Part shown: positions 37,388 through 48,196 of the stretch, piece after piece
Numbering within the stretch: the first letter of the stretch is position 1
Layout of the letters: each line of letters begins with the position of its first letter
Assembly (NCBI GenBank): GCA_964561145.1
Contig: CAZLNZ010000006.1
Span: 1-64,000 of the forward strand
Direction: 5' to 3'
DNA length: 64,000 nt
From: an uncultured Christensenellaceae bacterium
GTDB lineage: Bacteria > Bacillota > Clostridia > Christensenellales > CAG-1252
Program-made: the position numbers and the translations under genes
Notes under the pieces: generated by a model
Told to the model about the DNA's origin: nothing
Seen by the model: the letters and a program-made list of their open reading frames with translations, nothing else
Database searches by the model: none

Positions 37388-38590
37388 ATGAGTAAGATTA
37401 AAAAGGATAACAATTACATATCTATTAGAGATAGTAGAAAAATAATAAAAGCCAACATAAAGCAGATGAAGTATTACGAGGGCTTGAAAAGAAAAAAACT
37501 GGCACCCTCTGAATATACGAGTTGCATGAAAAACGAAGACAACATCGTTGAGATTGAAAACTTGAAAACTTGCTTTTTTACCGACAACGGAACCGTTATG
37601 TCCGTAAACGGTGTTTCCTTTAATATACCCAAGAGAAAGATAATAGGTGTCGTTGGAGAGTCGGGCTGTGGAAAAAGCGTAACATCGCTCTCGATTATGC
37701 AGCTGGTTCAAGCACCTCAAGGTCAAGTGGTTGAGGGAGAAATTCGCTTTAACTCCGATTCTTTGGGCTATGACGAAGATGGACATAAACTTGCTTACAA
37801 TATAGCAAAAATGCCTACAAAGGAAATGTACAAAGTTCGTGGTAAAGATATTACAATGATTTTCCAAGAGCCTATGACAAGCTTAAATCCCGTGTTTACA
37901 ATCGGATTTCAGCTTGATGAGGTTTCCTTTACTCATAATCCCGGAATAAGTGACGAAAAGGCAAAGGAGTGTAGCATCGAGATGCTAAAGAAGGTAGGAA
38001 TAGCTATGCCAGAGCATGTTTACAAGTCCTATCCTCACGAGCTATCCGGCGGAATGCGTCAGCGTGTTATGATTGCCATGGCACTTGTCGGCGATCCGAA
38101 ATTGATCATTGCCGATGAACCGACAACCGCATTAGACGTAACCATTCAAGCACAGATACTCGATTTACTTAAAAAGCTTCAACAAGAGCAGAACTGCTCG
38201 ATAATGCTTATTACTCACGATTTAGGAGTTATTGCGGAAATGGCAGATGAGGTTGTTGTTATGTACGCAGGACGTGTCATTGAGAAGGGTACGGCTAAGG
38301 AAATATTCCATAATCCTTTGCACCCTTATACGATTGGCTTGCAAAAGAGCAAACCCTTGATCACATCTTCTTCGACAGAACCCTTGTATTCAATACCCGG
38401 TCAGGTTCCCAATCCTATAAATTTACCTGATCATTGTTATTTTAAGAATCGTTGCTCGAAATGCATTGAAGGCTGTAACGGAAGCTATCCTCAGGAAATA
38501 AGGGTAAGTGAAACTCACTATGTTTCCTGTCATCTCTATGCAGAGCAAGCGATACAAGAGAATGTTGCTCAAGAGGGAGGACAAGAATGA
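37388..38590 (+). CDS. oppD: Oligopeptide ABC transporter ATP-binding protein (OppD type).
   Basis: Walker A motif GESGCGKS, signature LSGGMRQR, Walker B motif IIADEPTTALD, and an Opp C-terminal Cys-rich region. The start is placed at ATG 37388 (RBS AGGTGG) rather than the ORF-track 37337. Confidence 0.85.
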   Translation: MSKIKKDNNYISIRDSRKIIKANIKQMKYYEGLKRKKLAPSEYTSCMKNEDNIVEIENLKTCFFTDNGTVMSVNGVSFNIPKRKIIGVVGESGCGKSVTSLSIMQLVQAPQGQVVEGEIRFNSDSLGYDEDGHKLAYNIAKMPTKEMYKVRGKDITMIFQEPMTSLNPVFTIGFQLDEVSFTHNPGISDEKAKECSIEMLKKVGIAMPEHVYKSYPHELSGGMRQRVMIAMALVGDPKLIIADEPTTALDVTIQAQILDLLKKLQQEQNCSIMLITHDLGVIAEMADEVVVMYAGRVIEKGTAKEIFHNPLHPYTIGLQKSKPLITSSSTEPLYSIPGQVPNPINLPDHCYFKNRCSKCIEGCNGSYPQEIRVSETHYVSCHLYAEQAIQENVAQEGGQE

Positions 38591-39897
38591 AAAAGGATTT
38601 AAGCATTATTTTCAAACGCTTCGATGAAGAATGTCCGCAAATGCCGATTGAAATTGTCGACCCCGGAACAGAGTCGATTCTTCAAAAGGGACAAGCTCAA
38701 GCGGCGGAAAAGGGCAATGTTATTCTCGAGGTTAGGCACTTGAAAAAGCACTTTCCGATAAAGACCAACTTTTTCGGAAAACCGATAAAGTTTTTGAAAG
38801 CTGTCGACGATGTAAGTTTTTCCGTTCCCGAGGGAAGTACTTTGGGTATTGTCGGTGAATCGGGTTGCGGTAAAACCACGTTAGGTAGAACCATCTTAAA
38901 GCTTCACGATATAACGGGTGGCGAGATAATCTACGACGGTAACGATATTACAAATCTTTCAAGAGCGGAGATGACAAAATATCGCACACAGATACAGCTT
39001 GTTTTTCAGGATCCATATTCCAGTTTACCTCCTCGTATGACCATTGGAAGTATAATTAGTGAAGCGGTTAAGGTTCATAAGATTGTACCTAAGGATCAGG
39101 TCAATGATTATGTGTTGAATATAATGAAGCGTTGTGGCTTACAAACGCAGTATTATGACAGATACCCTCACGAGTTTTCGGGTGGTCAAAGGCAGCGTAT
39201 TTGTATTGCCAGAGCTTTAGCGGTTAATCCCAGACTTGTTATTTGTGACGAACCTGTTTCTGCACTCGACGTAAGTATTCAAGCACAAATAATAAACTTA
39301 TTGAAGGACCTTCAAAACAATCTTAAGCTCACGTATTTGTTTATTTCTCACGATCTTTCTGTAGTAAAGTATATCACCGATAGAATATTGGTAATGTACC
39401 TTGGAAATATGATGGAGATAGGCGATACGGATGATATTTTTGAAAATCCCCTTCACCCCTATACAAAGGCGCTGTTTTCCGCAGTACCGGTACCCGATCC
39501 CGATGTGAAGTCGAATAGGATTATTTTACAAGGAGATATTCCCTCTCCCGCAAATCCTCCAAAGGGTTGTAAATTCCATACACGTTGCGATTCTTGTATG
39601 AGCGTTTGTAAGCTTCGCAATCCAAAGTATATTGAGGCTTCACCCAATCATTTTGTTGCTTGTCACCTTTACGATAAGGAAGTAATGGAAAGAGTCGGAG
39701 AGTATGACGAAATTTATGATAAATATAAATTCGAGGTCGAGGAGTACGAGGAAAGAAAGCGAAACTTTGACAACGAAAGGAAAGAGGCTCTTGACGAAAT
39801 CAATATTTTCAAAAAACTTAAAAGATTTATAAAGAAGGAAAATCAAGAGGCATACTCCGGGGATAACTCTGATTCCGAAAAGAGCAATGAAGAATAA
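38587..39897 (+). CDS. oppF: Oligopeptide ABC transporter ATP-binding protein (OppF type) with an acidic/KE-rich C-terminal tail.
   Basis: Walker A motif GESGCGKTT, signature FSGGQRQR and Walker B motif ICDEPVSALD. Its start overlaps the oppD stop (ATGA). Confidence 0.85.
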   Translation: MKKDLSIIFKRFDEECPQMPIEIVDPGTESILQKGQAQAAEKGNVILEVRHLKKHFPIKTNFFGKPIKFLKAVDDVSFSVPEGSTLGIVGESGCGKTTLGRTILKLHDITGGEIIYDGNDITNLSRAEMTKYRTQIQLVFQDPYSSLPPRMTIGSIISEAVKVHKIVPKDQVNDYVLNIMKRCGLQTQYYDRYPHEFSGGQRQRICIARALAVNPRLVICDEPVSALDVSIQAQIINLLKDLQNNLKLTYLFISHDLSVVKYITDRILVMYLGNMMEIGDTDDIFENPLHPYTKALFSAVPVPDPDVKSNRIILQGDIPSPANPPKGCKFHTRCDSCMSVCKLRNPKYIEASPNHFVACHLYDKEVMERVGEYDEIYDKYKFEVEEYEERKRNFDNERKEALDEINIFKKLKRFIKKENQEAYSGDNSDSEKSNEE

Positions 39898-40150
39898 AAA
39901 GGATAAAAAAAGAAAAGCCGCATATCACGATGACGGACACACCGTATACAATATGGATAATGTCGTAAGACAAAATCCCTTCGGACCCGATGATATAGGC
40001 AATGATAGCAAAAAAGAAAATGTTGGCTTGAGCAGAAAAGAACGCTTCGCCGCAATTAGAGCGGCATTTCAGGTCTATTTCCCGGTATTACTCGGCGTAC
40101 TTATCTGCTTTGGCTTGACGGCTTTATTACTAGTTTTTTGGTTAAAATAA
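39887..40150 (+). CDS. Small hypothetical protein with a C-terminal TM helix. It overlaps the oppF stop and directly precedes the S8 protease gene.
   Basis: 87-aa ORF with a basic N-terminus and the C-terminal helix VYFPVLLGVLICFGLTALLLVFWLK. No strong RBS. Confidence 0.35.
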   Translation: MKNKKDKKRKAAYHDDGHTVYNMDNVVRQNPFGPDDIGNDSKKENVGLSRKERFAAIRAAFQVYFPVLLGVLICFGLTALLLVFWLK

Positions 40151-40160
40151 AGGAGACTGA

Positions 40161-43100
40161 ATGAAATCTACTAGAAGAACAAACAAACTTACCTTAATCG
40201 TTTGTGCCATTGTATTGGCAACGATGTGTATAACGTTGTTTGCTTGTAGCTCTCAGATTGTTACCCCCTCCGACTCTAATGGTGGGATAAAGAATGAAAA
40301 TCTGCAAGAGTTACAGATACTCAAAAGCGAGTTAAAGCTTACGCAAGAGCAAACAATGTCTCAAATAAAAGCAGATTATCTACTTGAGAACAACGGATAC
40401 AAGGACGATGATGAAATAGTAGTAATGGTATCCCTTCAGGAGGAAGCTTTACTAGATGCTTTTAACGATAGATATTATAGGGAATACAAGACGGTTGCGG
40501 AATTCGCTGAAAGTCAAGTGGGCATAGATATGCTTGCTAAGATTAAATCGGAGCAAAATTCTTTTGTCGACTCCTTAAAAAGAGCGGGCTATACTCTTGA
40601 GCTTGTGAATTCCTACAATACCATTATCAACGCCGTTGCGATAGAAATTCCCTATGGCAGTATGAAGTCTATAGAAGGACTTGGCGGTGTAAAGAACGTG
40701 ATAATGTCAGAAACCTATAATCGTCCGCAAGAAGCTAAAGGTGAGAGCTACAGTGCCGTTGAGAATATCGTTGATATCTACGAGACGGGTATTTATAAAT
40801 CCGACTGTGTTGATTTTAAGGGCAGAGGAACTTCTGTTGCTATCTTAGACTCCGGTTTCGATCTTGCGCACAGCGTATTCAGTGTAGATAATATTGACGA
40901 TATCTCCGAAGATCAATTAATGATAAAGGCTCAAGACATAAAGGACGTTTTAGCCTATACAAAGGCGGCTACATTTACTCAAGATTTAGATTTTTCCGAT
41001 GTTTATTATAGCACCAAAATCCCATTCTCCTATGACTATGCGGATAAGGATCCCGATGTTAACCCCTATGATTCAGAGCATGGGACTCACGTTGCGGGCA
41101 TAATTGCAGGAAAAGATGATGTTATCACGGGCATCGCTATAGAAACGCAGCTCGTATTACTGAAGGTATTCCCGGACCTCGATGATGGTGGAAAAACAGA
41201 GGATATAACAGCAGCACTGGAGGATGCAGTATTACTCGGTGTCGATGCTATTAATATGAGCTTAGGCTCCTCCTGCGGTTTTGCGAGAGAGGAAGACGGA
41301 AACGCTATCAATGATATTTATGATAAGATTAAGAAAGCAGGTATCAGTTTAATAACCGCTGCAAGCAATAGCTATAGCTCCGGTTACGGTGGAGACCAAG
41401 GCAACACTAACTTGGTAACCAATCCCGATTCTGCAACTGTAGGCTCTCCTTCGACCTATGAGGCAGCATTGTCGGTTGCATCCATTTCCGGAACGAAGAG
41501 CAAGTATCTCGTTGCAAACGGCTCTGAAGTTGTTTTCTTTAACGAGTCTAATGCTGTAACGGGTGATCCTAACGACTTTTTCCAAGAGCTGTTCGAGGAC
41601 TTGAACGTAACCAATCAAAAGGTTACTTTAAATTATGTTACGGTTCCCGGTGTAGGTAAGGCAATAAACTATAACGGAATCGACGTTAAGGGTAAGATTG
41701 CACTCGTTCGTCGTGGCGATAATACCTTTGAAGAAAAGGCGTTGAACGCAAAAGCGGCAGGAGCCATTGCTTGTATTATATACAATAACATAGATGGTGA
41801 CATTTTAATGAGTATGGGTAAAACCGACCATATTCCTACCATTTCAATCTCTAAGGATGACGGAAGTAAACTTGCAGAAAAGTCGGAAGGGACAATCGTT
41901 ATCGATATAGCCAATCAAGCGGGTCCCTTTATGTCCGATTTCTCTAGCTGGGGACCCTTGCCCTCATTGGAGCTTAAACCGGAGATTACCGCCCACGGCG
42001 GAAATATTAAATCCTCTGTGCCCAGCGGTGGCTATGACGAATTGTCGGGAACCTCTATGGCAACCCCAAACCTTTGCGGTATAGTTGTGTTAATAAGACA
42101 ATATCTAAAGGAGAAATATCCCGAAATATCTGCTCCTGAGCTATCAAAGCTAACGAATCAGATGCTAATGAGTACTGCAACTATTATTTTGAACGAAGAG
42201 GGTAATCCCTATTCTCCTCGTAAACAGGGTGCAGGACTTGCAAGTATTGCAAACGTTGTAAATACGAAGGCATATCTATCTGTAGACGGTATTGACAGAC
42301 CTAAGCTTGATCTTCTTGACGATCCTACTCGTACTGGTGTATATACAATGAAGTTTAACGTTCATAACATGGGCGATACTTCCGTTGTATATGATATTGA
42401 CCTAATTGGCATGACGGAAAGCGTGTCGGCATATGAAAAGACTCACGTTGCCGAAAAAGCTACAATTCTATCCAACAATTTCACTCTTAGCGTAGAAAAC
42501 GGCGAACTCAAAGGTAATACCTTGACCGTAAAAGGCGGAGAGACTGCAAAAATAACTTTGGTTTACACACTTACCGATGCGGATAAGAATATGATGGATG
42601 AGTTATTCCCATATGGGATGTATGTAGAAGGCTTTGTCAAGTTGATTGATAATAGCGAGGAGAGTGCGGTTAATCTCAATATCCCCTTCCTTGCATTCTA
42701 TGGTGATTGGACGCAAGCTCCCATGTTTGATAAGACATATTATGAGGTTGAAAGTGAAGCACACGATCAAGCAATCGATGATGATGACAAGATTAAAGCC
42801 GATTACTATGCAACGACCCCCTATGGTTCGTACTATTATAACTACATAATTCCTCTAGGAACATATTTATATGATGTAGATACTACCAAGTATGATGAAA
42901 TTCCCGCAACTGAAGAGCACATTGCTATTTCGAACGTACTTGGTACCATTGACGGAATATCTGCAGTATACGCAGGTCTTTTGCGTAATGCAAAGACAAT
43001 GACCTATTCTATAGTCGACACTGTTACGGGAGAGGTTGCATATGAAGAGGTGTTTTATAATGCAAGAAAAGCCTATTCTTACGGCGGCACTCCTATTCCC

Positions 43101-46100
43101 AATTACGAGTACCTAAAACTTAAATCAACAGAGCTTGGATTAATCAACAACAGAACCTACACCTTTAGCATGGTAGGAAGACTTGATTATGGTGATGGTG
43201 GCGAAGCTAACAATGTCAGAAGTGAATTCACCTTTGACTTCTATTTCGATGACGAGGCTCCTGTAATAAAGTCGGCGACCTATGAAAAGGTATATGATAA
43301 AACCCTGAAAAAGGATCGTTATTATATTAACTTGGTGGTTTATGATAATCATTATGTACAATCTATCACGCCTATAATATTTACTTCAAGCTCAAGCTAT
43401 ACCTTCTTGACGGAGAATCCTATTCCCGTATACAGCGAAAAGGGTGCCAATAACAAGGTTCGCTTCGAGATAACGGATTATTTGAACGATATTTATGCAG
43501 ATGCAATTATTACCAGCGGTCTAGCATTTTCTATTGACGATTATGCTTTGAACTCTAATATATATATTTGTCAGCTTCCCGGAACAAGGGGTGATTTTAA
43601 ATTTACAAGTGACGGAACCATGGATGGAGCCGATCTCATAATTCTCAGTGTAGAAGAGGGTGAGCTTGTAGACTTGACAAGATATCTTGCAACAAGCGAT
43701 AGTACCGTTGACGAGAATAAGGATTATCTTAAATATTTGGTTTGGACCTCCTCGAATGAAAAGGTTATTGAGGTTAAGGAGGGTATTCTTAAAGCTAATA
43801 AGGCTGGAAGAGCTACCGTTACCGTTCAAGAACAGATGGAGCTTAAGCAAGCCATATTGATTATCAACGTCAAGAGCAAGCAGGATGAAGTAGCAGAAGC
43901 CTCGGATGCTGTAATAGGTAATGTTGACGAGGGTAAAATAAAGGAAATTCGCTTTGCATATTTTGATACGCTCTTTGCCTATTCGAGGGCAGCACAAACC
44001 AGTGAAATCGGTCAAACAGGGGATAGGAAATTCATCTCTGCAATGAATGGAATCTCCTTCTACCCCGGTGAGAAGATACAGCTCTTCTATGATATAGAGC
44101 CGTGGTATGTTGCCGACAACTATAAAGTAAGTTTCGAGTCAACAAACCCGTTGGTTGCTACGGTAAATGAAGAGGGCGAAGTAACAGGGCTTAAAGAGGG
44201 CACAACCTCTATTGTCTTAAGAGTAGAGGGTTCTTCGTTGATGGCAAGGGTTAGAATTACCATCAAGAATGAGTTTGTAATTGAAAATCGTAGCCTTATT
44301 GCCTACAAGGGATTGGGTGGCGATGTTGTAATACCCGACGATGAAGGTATACTTTATATCGGTGCCTATGCCTTCTGTTTGTATACGACTGATAATACTA
44401 TAGAGCTTACAGAGGAGGACTATGATGCAAATAAAATACCTGCAACAAATACCTCTGTTACCTCAGTGGTCATTCCCAACGGTGTTGAGGATATTCAAAA
44501 ATACGCATTCTATAATTGCTCGGGTTTACGTTCTGTAGTTATTCCCGATACGGTTAAGTATATAAGGGAATGTGCATTCTATAATGATGTAAAACTTGAA
44601 GAAATAGATATTAAGAATGTTCAAGTCATAGGAAGGGAAGCCTTCAAGGGTTGTGTTAAGCTTGATAATGTAGATTTATCTAAGGTTTATGCAATAGGTT
44701 CAAAAGCCTTTGACGGTTGTTCCTCATTGTCTAAAGCAGACTTGTCATCATTGCGCAACACGGGCGATACCGCATTCCGCCATTGTACAAACTTGAAGGA
44801 ATTAATAATCAACGAGCATACAAAACTTGCACAAGCAATGTTTGTTGATATCGGAGTTGAAGAGGTTACAATTTATAATAAAGGAACCTATATTCCCGCT
44901 TTCTTATTTGCGAACTGTGTCAATTTGAAAAAAGTCATCCTAAAAAATGATCTCGAAGGTATTCAAAACGGTGCATTCTCGGGTTGCGAGGCATTGACAG
45001 ATTTTGCAATAGAGGGCGAGCTTAAGTCGATAGGTGAGCAAGCTTTTTATAATGATGTTGCCCTTAAAACTTTTATCCTTCCCGATTGTGATGTGAGTAT
45101 CGATGTTTATGCTTTTTATAAATGTGAAAGCCTAAGCGAGCTTGTATTTAAGGCAAATACCCACCTGTCCTCGACAAACGGCGCAATGTTCCAAGACACC
45201 GCATTGAGCAGCTTTACAGTAAGTGAAGACAATATGTGGTATTCCTCTTCCGACAACGGATTATTAATTTCCAAGGACGGCAAATCGATAATTCTTGCAT
45301 CCATTGGCATCGACTTCGGAGATCTTGTAATCGACGAGGGAGTAGAATATATTGAGGACGGAGCTTTCTCCGGTGCTACAATAAACAGTTTAACCATAAC
45401 TAATAATAAAACGATAATAGGCGATTATGCTTTTGCCAATTGTTTGACGTTAAGTAAAATAGTATTCCCCGACAAAAAGGGCGTAGAACTTGGTAAACAC
45501 TCCTTCAACGGTGCCGAAAAGCTTGTTGAGGTGGAGAATTCCGACAAGGTTCTTAAAATGGATGATTACGCTTTCGCAAACACTTCTCTTAAGGAAATAG
45601 TTCTGGGAGCAAACGGCGAATTCGGTGAAGGTGCTTTCTTCCAATCCTCCTTGGAACAAGTTACAATCGGAGCTAATTCCAAATTCGGAATGGGTGCCTT
45701 CCAAAAGTGCTTATCCTTAATAACTGTAAATATGCCGGAGCAAGGCGGAGTTAGGTTCGGTCAATCCTGTTTTGCAAACGATGCGAATCTTAAGAACATC
45801 GATCTGACAAAAATAAGCACTGTTATTTCCAATGAAGCTTTCTATGGTTGTTCTTCGTTGTATGAGGCAAATATTCCGCATGTAACAAAAATAGGCTCCT
45901 ATGCTTTTGCCGATTGCAGTTCTTTGACAAAAGTAACCCTTGAAAACGTACAAGTAATAGGTGAGGGTGCTTTCGGTCGTTATGAGCAGTATAGCCAAGC
46001 ACCGAGAATTGAGAAGATCGATCTTCCTGAAACCTTAACTTCTTTAGGTGACGGTGCCTTTATCGGCTGTTCTGCATTGCAAAGCGTTGTTGTTCCCGAT

Positions 46101-47624
46101 TCGGTTGTTGATTTCGGTGATTTCATGTTTACATACTGTGAAAGCCTTACCTCGGCAAAGCTGGGTTCGGGAATCAAAAATATAGGACAATATACTTTCT
46201 ATGGCTGTTCCCTGCTTTCGAAGGTTGAGTTTAGCGGAAAGGAAATCGGAGAGCTTGCCTTCTCTCAAACGAGCTCATTAACCTATGTTGATTTATCCAA
46301 TGTCGAAAAAATCGGGTGGGGTGCTTTTGAGTCGAGTGGATTAAGCGGTGATGTGATCGCCGATAAACTGACAGTGCTCGATGATTATGCCTTCCAAAAT
46401 GCTAATATTAAATCCTTTAGCGGAGCGAGCTTGGCATCTATCGGTGTATCTGCTTTCCAGAACAATGCGGAACTTTCGGATTTCACTTTCTCAAAGAATT
46501 TGGAAAGTATCGGAACAGAGGCATTTTTAGGATGCAAGTCCCTAAAGACTTTCTATACACCGGAGCATTCTGCAACCGGTACAATAAATGATTTTGCATA
46601 TCTGAACAACGGAGTACTGTATACAAAAATGAAGTCGGGATATATGCAATTGACCTCGGTTCCTGCAGGACGTGAAGCACAGACCTTGATTGTCGACGAA
46701 GGAACTTATCGTATAGATAGATATGCCGGTAACGAGAATGAATATATAAAGGTAATAACTCTTCCCGATAGCTTAAGACTTATCGGAAACTATGCTTTTT
46801 ATGGATACAGTAAACTGAGCACCGTCGAGTTTAAATCTGTTACAGCACCTGCCCTTGAGGATTACTATAATAGTAGCTCCGAACTTGCCGAAACCGATCC
46901 CGGTTATGATTTACTACATAATAGCTTCGACCTCTTCGGATTTGAATTATACTACTATAACTTTATTGATCTAGCAGGCAAGAAGGAACCAATTTCGATG
47001 GTATTGCCGTCTAATGCCGACATTACAGGCTACGATAGTATTGTGTACGAAGCTTATTTTGGTAGTGTTGATAAGGCAATGAGAAGCAATTATGTTGCAA
47101 TGGAGAAGAACATGATTAACTTTATTTCCTATGCAAAGAAGGTTCAAGCTCTAAATGTAATTGGTCTTACAAGTGAAAATCTTATCAATAATGCAGTGGC
47201 TTGCTATAAGGCATTAACTCAAGATCCGACGTCATATGGAATCGATCCCGAGCTTTGGGAAGGATATGTCGAGAGCGTAACAAACGCAAAAGCAACTCTT
47301 ACAAAGCTTAAGATTGAGGATGCCGGACAAAAGGTAATCGCTGTTCAAGAAAGAATCGATTCCCTTCCCACCGAGTTTAAGGTTGAGGATTTGGAGTTAT
47401 TGAGATCTGTTGCAGCGGACATCAATGCTTTACTTCCTAAGGATAAGGCACTGTTAGATACCTCGAGATACGATCTATTGATAGCTTCTTATGATAGTTA
47501 CAGAGAGAGCGTAGTGCAAGAGGTAAGACCGATAATCAATTCCTTCGATAACATCGTGGCGGGTATTGCCGTTATGGTTTCCGTACTGGCAATAGGACTT
47601 GCTTTTGCCATTAAGGCGATATAA
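40161..47624 (+). CDS. Giant (2487 aa) cell-envelope subtilisin-like S8 serine peptidase lipoprotein. Domain order: N-terminal inhibitor_I9-like region, S8 catalytic domain with an inserted PA domain, Fn/Ig-like and Big_2 domains, a ~800-aa BspA-type leucine-rich-repeat region, a coiled-coil segment, and a C-terminal TM anchor.
   Basis: Lipobox LFAC. Catalytic Asp (VAILDSGFD), His (HGTHVAGIIAG) and Ser (GTSMATPNLCG). PA-domain motif GKIALVRRGDNTFEEKALNAKAAGA. LRR units such as IPDTVKYIRECAFYNDVKLEEIDI. Terminal TM helix IVAGIAVMVSVLAIGLAFAIKAI. RBS AAAGGAGA. Confidence 0.85.
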   Translation: MKSTRRTNKLTLIVCAIVLATMCITLFACSSQIVTPSDSNGGIKNENLQELQILKSELKLTQEQTMSQIKADYLLENNGYKDDDEIVVMVSLQEEALLDAFNDRYYREYKTVAEFAESQVGIDMLAKIKSEQNSFVDSLKRAGYTLELVNSYNTIINAVAIEIPYGSMKSIEGLGGVKNVIMSETYNRPQEAKGESYSAVENIVDIYETGIYKSDCVDFKGRGTSVAILDSGFDLAHSVFSVDNIDDISEDQLMIKAQDIKDVLAYTKAATFTQDLDFSDVYYSTKIPFSYDYADKDPDVNPYDSEHGTHVAGIIAGKDDVITGIAIETQLVLLKVFPDLDDGGKTEDITAALEDAVLLGVDAINMSLGSSCGFAREEDGNAINDIYDKIKKAGISLITAASNSYSSGYGGDQGNTNLVTNPDSATVGSPSTYEAALSVASISGTKSKYLVANGSEVVFFNESNAVTGDPNDFFQELFEDLNVTNQKVTLNYVTVPGVGKAINYNGIDVKGKIALVRRGDNTFEEKALNAKAAGAIACIIYNNIDGDILMSMGKTDHIPTISISKDDGSKLAEKSEGTIVIDIANQAGPFMSDFSSWGPLPSLELKPEITAHGGNIKSSVPSGGYDELSGTSMATPNLCGIVVLIRQYLKEKYPEISAPELSKLTNQMLMSTATIILNEEGNPYSPRKQGAGLASIANVVNTKAYLSVDGIDRPKLDLLDDPTRTGVYTMKFNVHNMGDTSVVYDIDLIGMTESVSAYEKTHVAEKATILSNNFTLSVENGELKGNTLTVKGGETAKITLVYTLTDADKNMMDELFPYGMYVEGFVKLIDNSEESAVNLNIPFLAFYGDWTQAPMFDKTYYEVESEAHDQAIDDDDKIKADYYATTPYGSYYYNYIIPLGTYLYDVDTTKYDEIPATEEHIAISNVLGTIDGISAVYAGLLRNAKTMTYSIVDTVTGEVAYEEVFYNARKAYSYGGTPIPNYEYLKLKSTELGLINNRTYTFSMVGRLDYGDGGEANNVRSEFTFDFYFDDEAPVIKSATYEKVYDKTLKKDRYYINLVVYDNHYVQSITPIIFTSSSSYTFLTENPIPVYSEKGANNKVRFEITDYLNDIYADAIITSGLAFSIDDYALNSNIYICQLPGTRGDFKFTSDGTMDGADLIILSVEEGELVDLTRYLATSDSTVDENKDYLKYLVWTSSNEKVIEVKEGILKANKAGRATVTVQEQMELKQAILIINVKSKQDEVAEASDAVIGNVDEGKIKEIRFAYFDTLFAYSRAAQTSEIGQTGDRKFISAMNGISFYPGEKIQLFYDIEPWYVADNYKVSFESTNPLVATVNEEGEVTGLKEGTTSIVLRVEGSSLMARVRITIKNEFVIENRSLIAYKGLGGDVVIPDDEGILYIGAYAFCLYTTDNTIELTEEDYDANKIPATNTSVTSVVIPNGVEDIQKYAFYNCSGLRSVVIPDTVKYIRECAFYNDVKLEEIDIKNVQVIGREAFKGCVKLDNVDLSKVYAIGSKAFDGCSSLSKADLSSLRNTGDTAFRHCTNLKELIINEHTKLAQAMFVDIGVEEVTIYNKGTYIPAFLFANCVNLKKVILKNDLEGIQNGAFSGCEALTDFAIEGELKSIGEQAFYNDVALKTFILPDCDVSIDVYAFYKCESLSELVFKANTHLSSTNGAMFQDTALSSFTVSEDNMWYSSSDNGLLISKDGKSIILASIGIDFGDLVIDEGVEYIEDGAFSGATINSLTITNNKTIIGDYAFANCLTLSKIVFPDKKGVELGKHSFNGAEKLVEVENSDKVLKMDDYAFANTSLKEIVLGANGEFGEGAFFQSSLEQVTIGANSKFGMGAFQKCLSLITVNMPEQGGVRFGQSCFANDANLKNIDLTKISTVISNEAFYGCSSLYEANIPHVTKIGSYAFADCSSLTKVTLENVQVIGEGAFGRYEQYSQAPRIEKIDLPETLTSLGDGAFIGCSALQSVVVPDSVVDFGDFMFTYCESLTSAKLGSGIKNIGQYTFYGCSLLSKVEFSGKEIGELAFSQTSSLTYVDLSNVEKIGWGAFESSGLSGDVIADKLTVLDDYAFQNANIKSFSGASLASIGVSAFQNNAELSDFTFSKNLESIGTEAFLGCKSLKTFYTPEHSATGTINDFAYLNNGVLYTKMKSGYMQLTSVPAGREAQTLIVDEGTYRIDRYAGNENEYIKVITLPDSLRLIGNYAFYGYSKLSTVEFKSVTAPALEDYYNSSSELAETDPGYDLLHNSFDLFGFELYYYNFIDLAGKKEPISMVLPSNADITGYDSIVYEAYFGSVDKAMRSNYVAMEKNMINFISYAKKVQALNVIGLTSENLINNAVACYKALTQDPTSYGIDPELWEGYVESVTNAKATLTKLKIEDAGQKVIAVQERIDSLPTEFKVEDLELLRSVAADINALLPKDKALLDTSRYDLLIASYDSYRESVVQEVRPIINSFDNIVAGIAVMVSVLAIGLAFAIKAI

Positions 47625-47634
47625 GGAGTAGCGT

Positions 47635-48186
47635 ATGAAGAATAACATAAAGAATGCATGCGTAATAATATCATTAATATTGATACTCACCTTCCTTGTG
47701 GTTGTTTTTGGGGCCTGCAAGGAAAGCGAGAAGGATATTCTCGGAAACTCTATGAGCGACGTCAAAGCAGCGTCCTTTGATATTAGCGTTTTCGATAACG
47801 GAGTAAAGGTTTACGGCTATAAAAAGAGTGTTACCCTTCAAGAAACAAAAGCTGAAATCGCAACCGAAGAATCCAAGCTCAATTCCGGCTTTGTACTAGA
47901 GAGTAATACCACTTACGATAGTGTGGAAAATCCCGATTTATCCAAGCTTATTGTGCTCGACTTAAACGACGAGCTTATAGATAGCAAGGAACGGAAAAAC
48001 GACGTTTTAACCTTAAAAGTAAAAAAAGAAAATGCACCTAAGGTTTTAGGTATATACGATTACGGCTTTGCCGAGGATATCGTTGTACGGTGCGTGTTTA
48101 ATTCAAAGAGATTGGAAAGCGTTACGTCTGAATTCACCGCAGATAGCGGTAGAACGTTGGTTGTAACCTACACCTATTCTTATTAA
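47635..48186 (+). CDS. Hypothetical small lipoprotein (183 aa).
   Basis: Lipobox FGAC. Starts 11 nt after the protease stop. Confidence 0.6.
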   Translation: MKNNIKNACVIISLILILTFLVVVFGACKESEKDILGNSMSDVKAASFDISVFDNGVKVYGYKKSVTLQETKAEIATEESKLNSGFVLESNTTYDSVENPDLSKLIVLDLNDELIDSKERKNDVLTLKVKKENAPKVLGIYDYGFAEDIVVRCVFNSKRLESVTSEFTADSGRTLVVTYTYSY

Positions 48187-48196
48187 GGAGGGTGAA

